Counted from the stretch's first letter, positions 50,294-63,875 are shown. The stretch is 64,000 nt of DNA from Prorocentrum cordatum (GCA_963575745.1 CAUYUJ010000047.1:1-64000); one strand, 5' to 3'. The notes: generated by a model from the sequence alone, not told the origin. Numbers and translations are program-made.

Positions 50294-50480
50294 GGAGGAG
50301 GAGGAGGAGGAGGAGGAGGACGACGACGAGGACAAGGATGAGGATGAGGATGATGATGATGATGATGATGAGGAGGAGGAGGAGGAGGAGGAGGATAATG
50401 TTGACGATGACGACGAAGGAGGAGAGAAGGAGAGGAGGAGGAGGAGGAGGAGGAGGAGGCGGAGGAGGAGGAGGAGGAGC
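50040..50480. repeat. Compound (GAT)n-(GAG)n microsatellite
   Basis: GAT run grading into GAG in the same phase. Confidence 0.95.
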
Positions 50481-51084
50481 CGAGGAGAGTCAAGGAAAGG
50501 ATAGGAAAAGAGAGGCGAAGAGGAGACGTGGGGCGCCGCTGGCTCAAAACGAGGACCCCCCACCACAGGATGGTCGGGAACGTTGAGGGCGAGGGTCGTC
50601 CTCCCCGCTCGCTCGCCCGCCCCCCGCCAGCCACCTTTCCGGCTCCGAAGCCCAGGCGCGCGCGGGTCCGCCGCGAGGCGTTGGCGCCGACCCCCCGGGC
50701 GGGCCCCCTCCTGGGCCCCTTCGGCGCGTGAGCAGGCGCGGCCGCCGAGCGCTTGGATCGCCGCGGCGGGGGGGGGGGGCAGGGGGATCGGGGGCTTCGA
50801 AGCGGGCGCTAAGGTGGGCTACATCTGGCCCAGGTGGGCCGCAGGTGCCCCAAGTGGTTGCAGGGCGTACGGATCTGGGCTAAGCGGGCGGAGCCCATTC
50901 AGCGCAAGTACCGAATCACCCAGCCACAGAAGGCGCCTGCAGCCCACCTCTACGCTAGGTTAGGCCTGATAACCCACCCCAGCATCCACTTCTAACCCCA
51001 CTTTGTCCACTTGGTACCACCCCCCTGCGGCGACCCAAGTGGGCAGGCGAACGGGCTCAAGCCCAAGATGCTACTGGGAATCCC

Positions 51085-52135
51085 GGAGGAGGAAGAGGAG
51101 GACGAGGGAGGAGGAGGGCGGGGGAGGAGGGGGAGAAGGAGGAGGAGGAGGAGGAGGGAGGAGGGGAGGAGGGGAGGAGGGAGGAGGGAGGAGGAGGAGG
51201 AGGAGGAGGATGAGGAGGAGGAGGAGGAGGAGGAGGAAAAAGGAGGAGGAGGAAAAGGAGGATGAGGAGGAAAAGGAGGAGGAGGAGGGAGGAGGAAGGA
51301 GAAGGAGGGGAGGGGAGGAGGAGGAGGAGGAGGAGGAGAAGGAGGAGGAGGAGGAGGGGAGAGGAGGAGGAGGAGGAGGAGGAGGAGAGGAGGAGCAGGA
51401 GGAGGAGGAGGCCGAGGAGGAGGAGGAGGAGGAGGGAGGAGGAGGAGGAGGAGGAGGGGAGGAGGAGAGAGAGGAGGAGGGAGGCGGGAGGAGGAGGGAC
51501 GAGGAGGAGGAGCAGCAGGAGGAGGAGGAGGAGGAAAAAGGAGGAGGAGAAGGAGGAGGAAAAGGAGGAGGAAAAGGAGGAGGAGGAGGAGGAGAAAAGG
51601 AGGAGGAGGAGGAGGAGGAGGAGGGAGGAAGGAGGAGGAGGAGGAGGAGGAGAGGGAGGAGGAGGAGAGGAGGAGGGGAGGGAGGAGGAGGAGGTAGGAG
51701 GAGGAGAGGAGGAGGAGGAGGGAGGCGGAGGAGGAGGAGGAGGAGGAGGAGGGAAAGGAGGAGGAAAAGCAGGAAAAGAAGGAGGAGGAGGAGGGGAAAA
51801 GAGGAGGAGGAGGAGGAGGAGCAGGGAGGAGGGAGGAGGGAGGAGGGAGGAGAGGGAGGAGGGAGGAGGGAGGAGGGAGGGGGAGGAGGACGAGGAGGAG
51901 GAGGAGGAGGAGAGGAGGAGGGAGGGGGAAGTAGGAGGGGGGAGGGGGGAGGAGGGAGAAGGTTGGAGGAGGAGGAGGAGGAGGAGGAGGAGGAGGAGAA
52001 GAAGAAGGAGGATCGAGGATCGAATGTCAAGGAGGAGGAGGAGGAGGAGGAGGAGGAGGATCGAGAAGAAGGAGGATCGAAGATTGACTGTCAAGGAGGA
52101 GGAGGAGGAGGAGGAGGAGGAGGAGGAGGAGGGGG
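51085..52135. repeat. ~1-kb (GAG)n polypurine tract
   Basis: Almost exclusively G/A. Confidence 0.95.
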
Positions 52136-52289
52136 AACCCGCTGGCGGCCGACAGGGCTCGGTCTTGAGTCCGCTCGGCGGCCGAACGGGCTCCGACGCC
52201 GGAGGGTCTCGGGAGCGAGCCTCGGGGGATACCTCGGCGCCCCGACGCACCGCGGGGTCCTGAGACCTGCCGCTGCAAAACATCGACAT

Positions 52290-53390
52290 CGCATTCCGCC
52301 TCCTCCTTCTCCTCCTCCTCCTCCTTCTCCTCCATTCCTTTTCCTTATAAATAATTTCTCCCTGTCACCCTCCGAGGCCAGTTTTTGGGGCGGGCCGGGC
52401 GTTTCGCCTGAGACATCCCTATTATTTATGATTATGAAGCCTTTTTCAAAGTGTGGCGGGTGATTCAAAATGGGTTCACGGGTTGAGGTCAGGTGGTTTT
52501 CAAAATGTGGTTCTCGCAAAGGCGCCGCGCATATTCGCTTTCAAGAAATTGCAAGACTTTCACGGATTGAGGTCGTGTGGTTTCAATATGTGGTTCTCGC
52601 CTGAGCGCTGCGCACATTCGTTTTCAACATTTGCAAAAGCTTCACGGATTGAGGGCGGCTGGCTTTCAAAATGTGGCTCTCGCCCTAGCGCCGCGCACAT
52701 TCGTGTTCAAACTGTGCCAGAGCTTCACGGATGGAGGGCGGGTGGTTTTCAAGATGTGGCTCTCGCTTTTGCGCCGCGCACTTTTTAAAACATTCGCAAC
52801 AGTTTGACGGAGTTGGGGCGGGTGGTTTTCAACATGCGGCTCTCGCATGAGCGCCGCGCACAGTCGCATTCAACAGTTGCAGGAGTTCCACGGGTGGAGG
52901 GCGGGTGGGTGTCAAAATGTGGCTCTCGCCTTTGCGCCGCGCACATTCGTTTTCAAAATTTGCAAGAGTCTCACGGATTTTGAAAACGAATGCAAAAAAT
53001 TGCATTCGTTTACAAAATTTGCGCCGCGCACACTCGTTCTCAAAACTTGCAGGAATCTCACGGATTCCCATCATCAGCGTACCAGACATTGCGTGCTGGA
53101 AGGATTCGGGATTGCGCGGGTGCAACAGTGATGTTGATTCGCGGTGTCGAAGTCCTACGAATTGGCGTCTTGGCACGGCTCCAGATCGTCAAGACGCAGC
53201 AGTCAGGTTGACCCGCGGCGTTGATATCCCGAGGGCAATGTTTTGACATGCTTCAGGGTCTTCAAACGGTCGTCCCCCAACGAGGCAGTTCCCTCAATGG
53301 GAATGAACCGTTGCAGGGGCCTCTGAAGAGGGACCGTGGAGGGAGGGTACATTCCAACATCGTTGATGGCTCTTGGGTTTGCACTGGTCC
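52290..53390 (-). mobile_element. Dispersed repeat family A, copy 2 (inverted)
   Basis: Reverse complement begins GGACCAGTGCAAACCCAAGAGCCATCAACGATGTTGG as at 1141; same ~83-bp array and same distal segment; bounded by CCT-rich tracts. Confidence 0.85.
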
Positions 53391-54215
53391 TCCTCCTCCT
53401 CCTTCTTTTCCTCCTCCTCCTCCTCCTTTTCCTCCTCCTTTTCTTCCTCCTCCTCCTCCTCCAAGCCCGCCCGGAGCCCCAGACCCCATCCTCCTGCGCC
53501 GTGTTTCAAGCTGGATCGACCCGCGAGGGCCCTGGAGCCAGAACGCTGGGCGAGGACGCCCGTGCTGCCGAGAGAGTGGGGGCGCCACGATCTCGGGGCC
53601 CCTTTGACCCGCATGGCCGCCTCCCTCGCTTCCGCCGCCGCGGCCATGGTGCCGCGCGCGGCGGCGGAGCTCTCGCCCGCGGAGCACCGCAGGCCCGGAG
53701 CAGGGCCGGAGCCGAGGCAGCGACGGCCCCCCTTTGTGCCGTGCGTCGCCTTCCGCGGGGCCTCGCGGAGCCTTTGCGATCCAGGCGGTGTAATTTCAGG
53801 GGGCGCGCTTTTGCAGACTCGGGCATGTTGACTTGCATGGCGTGTGCCCCCCCCCTCCCCCCCCCCCTCCTACCCCCCCCCTCCTCCACCCGGGTCCGAA
53901 AAGACGTGCAAGTGAGTCCTGGCTGGAGTGAAGTCCAGATTCCATTTCGGGCCTCGCCACGCTCCCCCTCTCCCCCTCCACGCACGTAAACTTGCCAGAA
54001 TAAAAGCAAATGACTCTGGCTATGTTTTCTCAGCGGACGTTTTCGCCCGTTTTCGGACCCAGGACCTTCACACATCACTCCAGCTCAAAAAATGATGCAG
54101 AACGATGGGGTCTAGGGCCCCAGGCGGAAGTTTGTGAGATAGCGTTTGTTTTGCAACGTCACATCTCAGGGAGGCGTTCCGTTGCCTTCGGCCGCCAGAC
54201 ATGGGACGGGAGTGG

Positions 54216-54384
54216 ATGGGGTCAGAGGATCGCGCCGCATCGCCGATGCATCGGCGACGCAGCTCGATGTGGATCCCAATGTTCTCCACGCCAACACCGC
54301 GAATGCATCGCCGACGTCGTTGATGCAGCGCCGATACATGCATCGGCGACGCATCGGCGATGCTGCGCGATCCTCCGACCCCAT
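54216..54384. mobile_element. Foldback/MITE family H, copy 2
   Basis: ATGGGGTCAGAGGATCGCGCCGCATCGCCGATGC...GCATCGGCGATGCTGCGCGATCCTCCGACCCCAT. Confidence 0.75.
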
Positions 54385-54547
54385 GCCACGCCCCGAATTC
54401 GTGGCGTCGCGCTTTTGTCATACCAGCTGGGTTCGCCCGGCTGCGGGCCTGGGGGCGCGCTCACGGATGGATCTGGCCCGAAAAGGGCAGCAGAAAATTT
54501 GGCTTGAGGCTGCGCTCGTGGTCCTGCACGAGGTGTGGCGATTGTTA

Positions 54548-54741
54548 TCGGGGGCGGCGAAGAGAGGGGTGATGACTACGGGGGGGATGGATATCATGGC
54601 GGGGGCCATGATATCTCCCCAGGTTTCATGGCGCCTCTTCTTATGTTATTACGTCCCTGGCCCCCCCCCTGAGCCGCGCACATGCCACCGGCCATGATTT
54701 GTGCCCCCCCTCTTGGATGCCCCCCTCTTGGCCGCCCCCGA
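54548..54741. mobile_element. MITE family L, uninterrupted copy (194 bp)
   Basis: TCGGGGGCGGCGAAGAGAGGGG...CCCCCTCTTGGCCGCCCCCGA; flanks TGTTA/TGTCA. Confidence 0.8.
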
Positions 54742-56339
54742 TGTCAGGATCTCAGTGTGGAGTGTGTTCTGTTGTTGGTGCCCAGGGCCGAGCGCTGAGC
54801 CGCGGAACGTTGGAAGGTCGCCGTCGGACGCTGCCCCCCTTCGTGCTTGGTGCTCGGCTCGGCGGTGCCGAAGACAACGTTTTTTCAATGCAAACTCAAA
54901 CAACCTCCTGGGCGACGAGCGCTCTGCAACGGCAAAGTGAATCTGTAACGGAACACCTCTACAAAGTGGTGAACATGTCAAATGGTCAGACGGTACATCT
55001 GTATGCCTGAAGTGATCCAGGCCGTGTTGGTGTCTACAGAGGAGGAGGGGGGACAGCGTTGATCGAAAGGGATAGGGGACAGTCATCGACAGGCTCGACG
55101 TGGCACGCGACGGACGCTGGCTCCTGCCCAGCGTCCAGCGGGGTGCTCGCTCCTGCCTGCAGCCCGGCGAAGGCATCTCTGTACACCACCGCCGTGGCCA
55201 GGCCAGGGCCATCCTGGGCCCTAGGATGGTGTACAGGATGGCGTATACACAATGCCAGGGCCAAGATGGCCCTGGCTTGGCACGGCGGAGGCGTACAGAC
55301 GCCTTCTGCGCATACAGGGACAGAGTTGCGACTGGCGCAGCACCCAACACGAGGCTGCAATGCGTCCGCGCCGTCGCATCTCGAGGAGGCCAGGTCAGCC
55401 CCGCAGTCAGCATCGCTTAACCGATCCTTGTCCCCTTCTCCATCACCGTCCAGATCCTCAGCATCCCAGCACCCCAGTTGGGGATAGTGCCCCTCGACAC
55501 TCGCAGGGAACAGCCTACATCCCCATTTGGGGGGATGAATCGGCCAGAGGTGGCCAAGGCCTCGCCCGTGGGGATAGGGATCGGTTAAGGGATGCTCACA
55601 TGAGGGAGGAGGGAGGGGGAGGAGGGAGGAGGGCGGAGGGGGGGGGGAGGAGGGAGAGGGAGGAGGGGGGGGGGAGGGGGGGGAGGGAGGAGGGAGAAGG
55701 GCGGAGGGAGGAGGGCGGAGAGCCCCCGGGGGGGGGGGGGGCGGCTCTGAGCGGACCTGGGCGGGGCGGGAGGACCGCCGCTGTCGCATCGGCCTCGCTT
55801 CCCTCGGAGGGAGGAGGAGCGACACCGGCACCACCAGGGGGGCCACCTCCAGCGAGGAGGTCCCACGAGGCCTCCTCGAGCTGGAGGCCGGGGATGTCTC
55901 GAGCGAGAGGGAGGGGGGCTACACCACCAGGGAGACCCCCCTCCCGTGCTTCTCGCATCTCCGCGCCCTGGTGGTGTTGGTGTCGCCTTTCCTTGTCCCA
56001 CGAAAATCGGCACCGCGAAAGATCACGACCGGAGCCCTCGACCCCATCTTCCTGCAGCATTTCTTCAACCGGACCCCCGGGGCCCGAAGCCAGGCGACCG
56101 AGCCCCCGATGGAACACGGTTGTAACGCCAGGATCTGAGGGTCCCCCGCGCAGGGTGGTCCACTTCGGCGGCGCCGCCGCCATCCCCGGGCCTGCGGCGC
56201 CGTGGTCTGCTCAGCCGGGTTTCGCCCGCCGCAGGGCGCGAAGGGGTTTCTGTGGGATATCAGGAGTTATCCGAGAATGTATGCTTACGCATGTGTCCTT
56301 ATTATGATTGTGTTTCTACTGCAATTATTCGTAGTATTA

Positions 56340-56791
<452 letters not shown>

Positions 56792-56891
56792 NNNNNNNNN
56801 NNNNNNNNNNNNNNNNNNNNNNNNNNNNNNNNNNNNNNNNNNNNNNNNNNNNNNNNNNNNNNNNNNNNNNNNNNNNNNNNNNNNNNNNNNN
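56792..56891. other. Assembly gap (100 N)
   Basis: Exactly 100 N between two microsatellites; true distance and orientation across it are unknown. Confidence 0.99.
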
Positions 56892-59672
56892 TGGTGGTGG
56901 TGGTGGTGGTGGTGGTGGTGGTGGTGGTGGTGGTGGTGGTGTTGTTGTTGTTGTTGATGTTGTTGTTATTGTTCGTGTTATTATTATTGTTCTTGTTATT
57001 GTTCTTGTTCTTGTTGTAGCAGTATTAGTATTATGAGTAGTATCAATAATATTAATAATAATAGCATTGGCATTGTAGTATAATGAGTATTCTTATTATT
57101 TTGTTGTATCCTCCTCCTCGTCCTCCTCCTCCTCCTCGTCCTCCTCGTCCTCCTCCTCCCCCTTCCCCTCCTCCTCCTCCTCCTCCTCCTCCTCCTCCTC
57201 CTCCTCCCACACCCACAGTCCCCGAAGTAATTGGAGGTCTCCGGAAGTCTCAAGAGGTCCCAGAAGTTCTTAGAGCCCTCCGGATGCAGAAGCAAGGTGT
57301 TCTCCTCATCTTCGGCCCCGGAGGCCCCCATGCCAGGCCTCGGGACTGTGAAGAAGCGACTCAGGATGAAAAACCGTTCCCGGGGAAGGGGTCCATGCCT
57401 CTGGGGGTCGACGTTGTGAAAAAGTCACGGGGGAGGAGGAGGAGGAGGAGGAGGAGGAGGAGGAGGAGGAGGAGGAGGAGGAGGCGAGGAGGAGGAGGAG
57501 GAGGAGGAGGAGGAGGGAGGGCTGAAGGAGGAGGTATGGAGGAGGACGAGGAGGAGGAGGAGGAGGACGACGAGGAGGCGGAGGAGGAGACCGAGGAGGA
57601 GGCGAGGAGGAGGACGAGGAGGAGGCCGAGAAGAGGACGAAGACGAGGAGGAGGAGGAGGGGAGGAGGAGGAGGAGGAAGGAGGAGGAGGAGGTGGAGGC
57701 GAGGAGGAGGGGAGGATGGCGGAGGAGGAGGCGGAGGAGGAGGAGGAGGAGGAGGAGGAGGAGGGCAATTGGCAGTCTGCCGTTGCCGTCGACGTCGTGG
57801 ACAAACACGACGTCGGGGGTCAAGATTACAGGCCCCGGGGACCCTCCCTAGCAGCACGGCGCGGGATGAGATCCCAGGCCCCGGGGAGGGGGCCTTGACC
57901 TCCTGAGGCCCACGCTGCGAAACGAGTGCGACGGCCCGGGGCCCAGGTTCAATCCCCACGTGCGTCTTCGATTCCAACCTATGGGAGCGCCAGCCGTCTC
58001 TGTCGGCGGCGAGCGAGGGGGGCAGAGGTGAAAAGGAAAAGGCCTTCTCAGAAGGCGGCGGGACTTGTCAGAAGCTCTCGCGCCTTCTGAGAAGTTTCCT
58101 GCGTCTCCGGGGGAGGCTCAGAAAACTTCTCAGAAGGCCAGGCGACTTCCGAGCCTTCTGAGGCCTTCTCCTTCTCACTTTTCCCCCGGGCTTGACGCCG
58201 ATTCTTGATTCCAGCCTCTGGGAGCGCCAGCCGTCTCTGGGCCCCGCAGGGGCCGTCAAGGAACGAGACCGGGGACGAAGAGCCAATCGCTGGGGATGGG
58301 ATCGAGATCGAAAAAAGGAAAAACGGCAAAACGCATGCACAGAAATTGTTGGAGCTCAGCGCGGATTTGTTGGATCGGTTCTGGACCCCCCTGGCGGCGC
58401 CTCCAGCGCCGCCCCTGGCGCGCTCCAAGCGTCAGGGTTCGCGCAGATGTCTTGGGTTGGCGCTGGACCAGCGCCAATCCAAGAAATCTGCGCAAACCTT
58501 ATGGTCAGACGTTGCCAAGATATTGCAACATCGCGAAAGTCATTACCGGAACCCTAGGCCGAACTTTCTACGTCATTTGTTCGAGCCGGACCGATATGTG
58601 AGGGCCCTGGGACCCAAAATCCGACAGGAAGGCTCAGTGTGAAAATTTACAAATTACAACGCCCAGATCTCAGGGAATTTCTGAGATGTTCTGTTTACAC
58701 TCAGCCCCGACGTCGTGATGATTTTAAGACGTCGACCCCCAGCGGAATGGACCCATTCCCCGGGACCCGTTTCTCATCCCGAGGCGTGTTTGATTGTCCC
58801 GAGGCCTTGCGAGAAGCCCCAGAGGCATGCCCCGTCATGAATGTTTCCTGACCTGAAGGGGTCTATGGTATCTCAGGGGTTCTCCCAAGTTTATGCTTAT
58901 GCAGTTGTTCCTTATCATCGTCATTCTTACTATTACGTAGACGTAGTCGTATTCGTCCTCTTATGTGTAGTATCATAATTACTCGGATTATGCGTGCTAG
59001 TATTGTTACTCTCGTCTTATGAGTAGTGTTGCTATTATCAGTGTTACCAGTATTAGCATTAGCATTCTCATTATTATTAGTAGCAGTGTTATTAGTATTC
59101 GTATGACTGGCATTAGTAACATGATTCGCGCTACTAGTATTCGTAATACGCTTATTGTTATGATTGGTCTCCCCGTCCCTCCCCCCTCCTCGTCCTCCTC
59201 CTCCTCCTCCTCCGCCTCCTCCTCCTCCTCAGCCTCATCCTCATCCTCATCCTCCTCCTCCTCCTTCTCCTCCCCATCCTCCTCCTCCTCCTCCTCCTCC
59301 TCGGCCTCCTCCTCGGCCGCCTCCTCTCCTCGCTCGCCTCCCCTCCGCTTCTGTGTCTGCCGCTTCTCCTTCGGCCCCCGGGCTTAAGCTCTGCGGGCAC
59401 ACTGGGCCGCATAGCGAGAGACCACGGCGCCGGAGGCCCTCTCTCGGCCGGAGGCCAGAAGAGAGCCAGGAAGCACATGCATTCGGCTGCTCGCAGCAGA
59501 AGAGATCGAGGAGGAGGAGGAGGAGGAGGAGGAGGAGGAGGAGGAGGAGGAGGAGGAGGAGGAGGAGAGGGGAAGGGGAGGAGGGGGAGGAGGAGGAGGG
59601 AGAGGAGGAGAGGAGCGAGGAGGAGGAGGAGGAGAGGAGGAGGAGGAGGAGGAGGAGGAGGAGGACGAGGAT

Positions 59673-59756
<84 letters not shown>

Positions 59757-59902
59757 GAGGAGGAGGAGGAGGGGGAGGAGGAGGACGAGAAGCAAGAAGC
59801 ACTGCACTCTGCTGCCCGCAGCGCCAGGCGCCTGACCCCCTCCCGAGGGCTCCAAGACCCAAACATGATCGCGTCGTAAAAAAACAGGACGGCAGGTTTC
59901 TT

Positions 59903-61115
59903 CCCGGAAAGGGCTCAGGCCCAGGGTTCTCTTTTAGTATGTAAACATAGTCCCCCGTGCCCAACTTGAAGGAGGCCGGCGGATTCTTTCCCTGATAAAT
60001 ATCGAGGTCGAAGGAGGCCGGCGGATTAAAATTTGAGGAAGTCTCAGGCGAAACGCTTGTTTTTGAAATCCCGATCGATAAATCACAGGGTGCGGGACAC
60101 CTCAGCACGACCACACCCCAGCACGACCACACCCCAGCACGACCACGCCCCAGCACGACCACACCCCAGCACGACCATACCCAGCACGACCACACCCCAG
60201 CACGACCACACCTCAACACGACCACACCCCACCACGATCACACCCCACCACGACCACACCCCAGCACGACCCGATCGATGAATCACAGGGTGCGGACCAC
60301 CCCAGCACGACCACACCCCAGCACGACCCCACCCCAGCACGACCACACCCCAGCACGACCACGCCCCAGCACGACCACACCCCAGCACGACCACACCCCA
60401 GCACGACCCCACCCCAGCACGACCACGCCCCAGCACGACCACGCCCCAGCACGACCACGCCCCAGCACGACCACCCCCCAGCACGACCACACCCCCAGCA
60501 CGACCACCCCCCAGCACGACCACGCCCCAGCACGACCACGCCCCAGCACGACCACACCCCAGCACGACCACACCCCAGCACGACCACACCCCAGCACGAC
60601 CCCATCCCAGCACGACCCCACCCCAGCACGACCCCACCCTAGCAAGACCACACCCCAGCACGACCACACCCCAGCACGACCTCACCACAGCACGACCACA
60701 CCCCAGCACGACCACGCCCCAGCACGACCACGCCCCAGCACGACCACGCCCCAGCACAACCACCCCCCCGCACGACCACCCCCCCAGCACGACCACACCC
60801 CAGCACGACCACCCCCCAGCACGACCACACCCCAGCACGACCACTCCCCAGCACGACCACACCGCCTTGGTTGAGTGGTTGCCTGTCGTCGTGGAATGTT
60901 TCGTGGGGTGTCTCGTGGAATGTTTCGCGGGGTGTCTCCTGGAATGTTTCGTGGGGTGTCTCCTGGAATGTTTCGTGAGGTGTCTCGCGGAATGTTTCGT
61001 GAGGTGTCTCGTGGGATGTTTCGTGAGGTGTCTCGTGGGATGTTTCGTGAGGTGTTGCCCCGTTGGGTATCGTGAAAACGTGCCCATGCTCCACATGTCT
61101 ATATCCCTTTCCGGG
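59903..61115. mobile_element. ~1.2-kb element with CCCGGAAAGGG inverted ends carrying 16-mer and 24-mer minisatellites, copy 1
   Basis: Starts CCCGGAAAGGG and ends CCCTTTCCGGG; (CCCCAGCACGACCACA)n at about 60105-60862; (GGAATGTTTCGTGAGGTGTCTCGT)n at about 60892-61055. Confidence 0.7.
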
Positions 61116-61415
61116 TTCGTGGGTCCATCATGTTATTTTCGGCCTCACGGGCCCCGGGACCGTCAAAAAATGATTCGGGATTAAAATCCGGCCCCGGGGA
61201 AAGGGTCTGGATTTCCGGGGACGCCGTCCTGAAAAAATCAGACCGTCGCATTTCTGGGGATGTACAAAGTCCAGGCCCTCAGATCGGGGCAGGACCCTCA
61301 CAGATCGCTCGGGTTCGGAGAATGGCGCGGCAAGATGGGGTCAAGAGCTCTGGGTGTGATTTTACGCGATGTGGTATTTGCTTGACAACGGCAGATCTCA
61401 GGGACGACATTTTTT

Positions 61416-62577
61416 CCCGGAAAGGGCTCAGGCCCAGGGTTCTCTTTTAGTATGTAAACATAGTCCCCCGTGCCCAACTTGAAGGAGGCCGGCGGATTCT
61501 TTCCCTGATAAATATCGAGGTCGAAGGAGGCCGGCGGATTAAAATTTGAGGATGTCTCAGGCGAAACGCTTGTTTTTGAAATCCCGATCGATAAATCACA
61601 GGGTGCGGGACACATCAGCACGACCACACCCCCAGCATGACCACACCCCAGCACGACCACGCCCAGCACGACCACGCCCCAGCACGACCACACCCCAGCA
61701 CGACCACACCCCAGCACGACCAAACCCCAGCACGACCACACCCCAGCACGACCACACCCCAGCACCAGCACGACCACACCCCAGCACGACCCGATCGATA
61801 AATCACAGGGTGCGGACCACCCCAGCACGACCACACCCCAGCACGACCCCACCCCAGCACGACCCCACCCCAGCACGACCCCGCCCCAGCACGACCACAC
61901 CCCAGCACGACCACACCCCAGCACGACCACACCCCAGCACGACCCCACCCCAGCACGACCCCACCCTAGCACGACCACACCCCAGCACGACCACACCCCA
62001 GAACGACCACACCCCAGCACGACCCCACCCAAGCACGACCCCACCCCAGCACGACCACACCCCAGCACGACCACACCCCAGCACGACCCCACCCCAGCAC
62101 GACCCCACCCCAGCAAGACCACACCCCAGCACGACCACACCCCAGCACGACCTCACCACAGCACGACCACACCCAGCACGACCACGCCCCAGCACGACCA
62201 CGCCCCAGCACGACCACGCCCCAGCACGACCACCCCCCAGCACGACCACCCCCCAGCACGACCACCACCCCAGCACGACCACACCCCAGCACGACCACCC
62301 CCCAGCACGACCACACCCCAGCACGACCACTCCCCAGCACGACCACACCGCCTTGGTTGAGTGGTTGCCTGTCGTCGTGGAATGTTTCGTGGGGTGTCTC
62401 GTGGAATGTTTCGCGGGGTGTCTCGTGGAATGTTTCGTGAGGTGTCTCGTGGAATGTTTCGTGAGGTGTCTCGTGGGATGTTTCGTGAAGTGTCTTGTGG
62501 GATGTTTCGTGAGGTGTTGCCCAGTTGGGTATCGTGAAAACGTGTCCATGCTCCACATGTCTATATCCCTTTCCGGG
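61416..62577. mobile_element. Near-identical second copy of the ~1.2-kb element
   Basis: Unique parts almost identical to 59903-61115 (offset 1513 bp); minisatellite unit number differs. Confidence 0.75.
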
Positions 62578-62861
62578 TTCGTGGGTCCATCATGTTGGTT
62601 TTCGGCACATAGGACCCTCGGCGGACCCCAGGACCTTCGAAAAGCGACTCAGGAGGAAATGCCAGTCCCTGCAGAGACTTCCGGAAAACCCACAATGAAA
62701 AATTCAAGACATCGGATTTCTGGGTCCCCGCATATATGCCGCTGCCGCCCCCATCGACCATCCGGGAGAGGGGCCAGCGCCGGTGAAAACCTGCCGCCGG
62801 CGGACGCCCTAAGCAACACAGATCTCTTTCCGCTGTGGTGTCCTCTGGCCTCCCGCGCCAG

Positions 62862-63122
62862 CGCCCCGAAACTGCACCCGCTGGACCTGCTGGACGACGA
62901 GGGCTCTGGCCCCTGGACGGCGCGCTCGTCCGTAGCGCCGCTGGCGGCGCAGCCGCCGGACGGCGCCCGCGGCGCCGCGCAGCTGCAGGGTGTCCTGGAG
63001 CGGCTGCAGCACCTGTCGCAGCAGCTGGGGCCGCTGGAGCAGCTGCCGCGGCAGCTGGCGGGCGTGGCCGGCAGCCAGGGGCGGCTGGAGAGGGCGCTGG
63101 GCCAGCTGCAGCAACAGCTCAG
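62862..63122 (+). CDS. Candidate exon, Leu/Gln-rich helical segment
   Basis: CAG acceptor, AG|GA donor, strongly GC3-biased: APKLHPLDLLDDEGSGPW...LQGVLERLQHLSQQLGPLEQLPRQLAGV...LERALGQLQQQL. Confidence 0.5.
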
Positions 63123-63288
63123 GACTCCGGCTGCACGTCAGCGCGGCCCTGCGGCGGAGTGGCCTTCTTGGCGCTGGCCCGCGGGGGTGCCCCCAGCACT
63201 GGCCCGCGCGCTCGGAGGGGGCCGCCCCGTGGCCCCCGAGGGTCGCGCACCAACGGTCGCTCTTGCCCAGGGCCGCTCCTAAGCGTGC

Positions 63289-63472
63289 ACTCCGAGCTTC
63301 TGCAGAAGCGTCGGGGGGGCGTCGCCCCCGCCGACAGCCCCACATCGACCGGCGCGTCGCGGGCAGCCGCCGCGCGCCGAAGGCGCTCGGACCCCCGTCG
63401 CGGCGCGACGACGAGGCGAGGTGGACCCCCGTCGGGAGTGTACCCCCCCACGCTTATGAAGAAGCCCGGAGT
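63289..63472. mobile_element. MITE family N, copy 2
   Basis: ACTCCGAGCTTCTGCAGAAGCGT...ACGCTTATGAAGAAGCCCGGAGT inverted termini. Confidence 0.75.
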
Positions 63473-63704
63473 CGCCGAAGGATGTCCTCCGCGGCGGCCG
63501 CGGCGGGGACCCGCGGCGCCGCCCCCCCGGCGAGGCGGGCGGGCGAGGACGGCACGCCCGCCGTCCCGGCGCAGACGGGCGACTGCGAGTGGGAGTTCGA
63601 CAACGACGAGCCAGGCCTCCGCGCCGGCGCCGAGCGGGCCCCCGCGCCGGACGCGGACGAGCAGGCCTCAAGCAGTGGCGAAGCGTCCCGGCTCGCCTGT
63701 AGCC

Positions 63705-63875
63705 CTACCAAACAGTGTCCTGAGAACCTGTTTCTGTGGTTCCCACGACATGTTCTCAGAACATGCCTGGTGGATCTTGTCTTGCTTTAACACATCGGGT
63801 TCATGTTCTAAGAACCTGGTTCTTTCTTCTTAGAACAGCTTTGGGTTCTAAGAACGTTTCGTGGTAGGACTATAG
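63705..63875 (-). repeat. Family D repeat, inverted copy
   Basis: Reverse complement CTATAGTCCTACCACGAAACGTTCTTAGAACCCAAA... matches 3929-3980 and 3750-3890. Confidence 0.75.

Noticed and set aside
51053..51061. GGGCTCAAG as an SL relic
   Set aside because: Only the last 8 nt of the SL match and the upstream CCATTTT is absent.
56792..56960. GTA-to-GGT transition as a biological junction or telomere
   Set aside because: It spans a 100-N scaffold gap, and no TTTAGGG-type telomeric repeat is present.
61546..63282. 578-aa ORF
   Set aside because: Mostly 16-mer and 24-mer minisatellite. Only 62862-63122 looks coding and is listed as an exon candidate.
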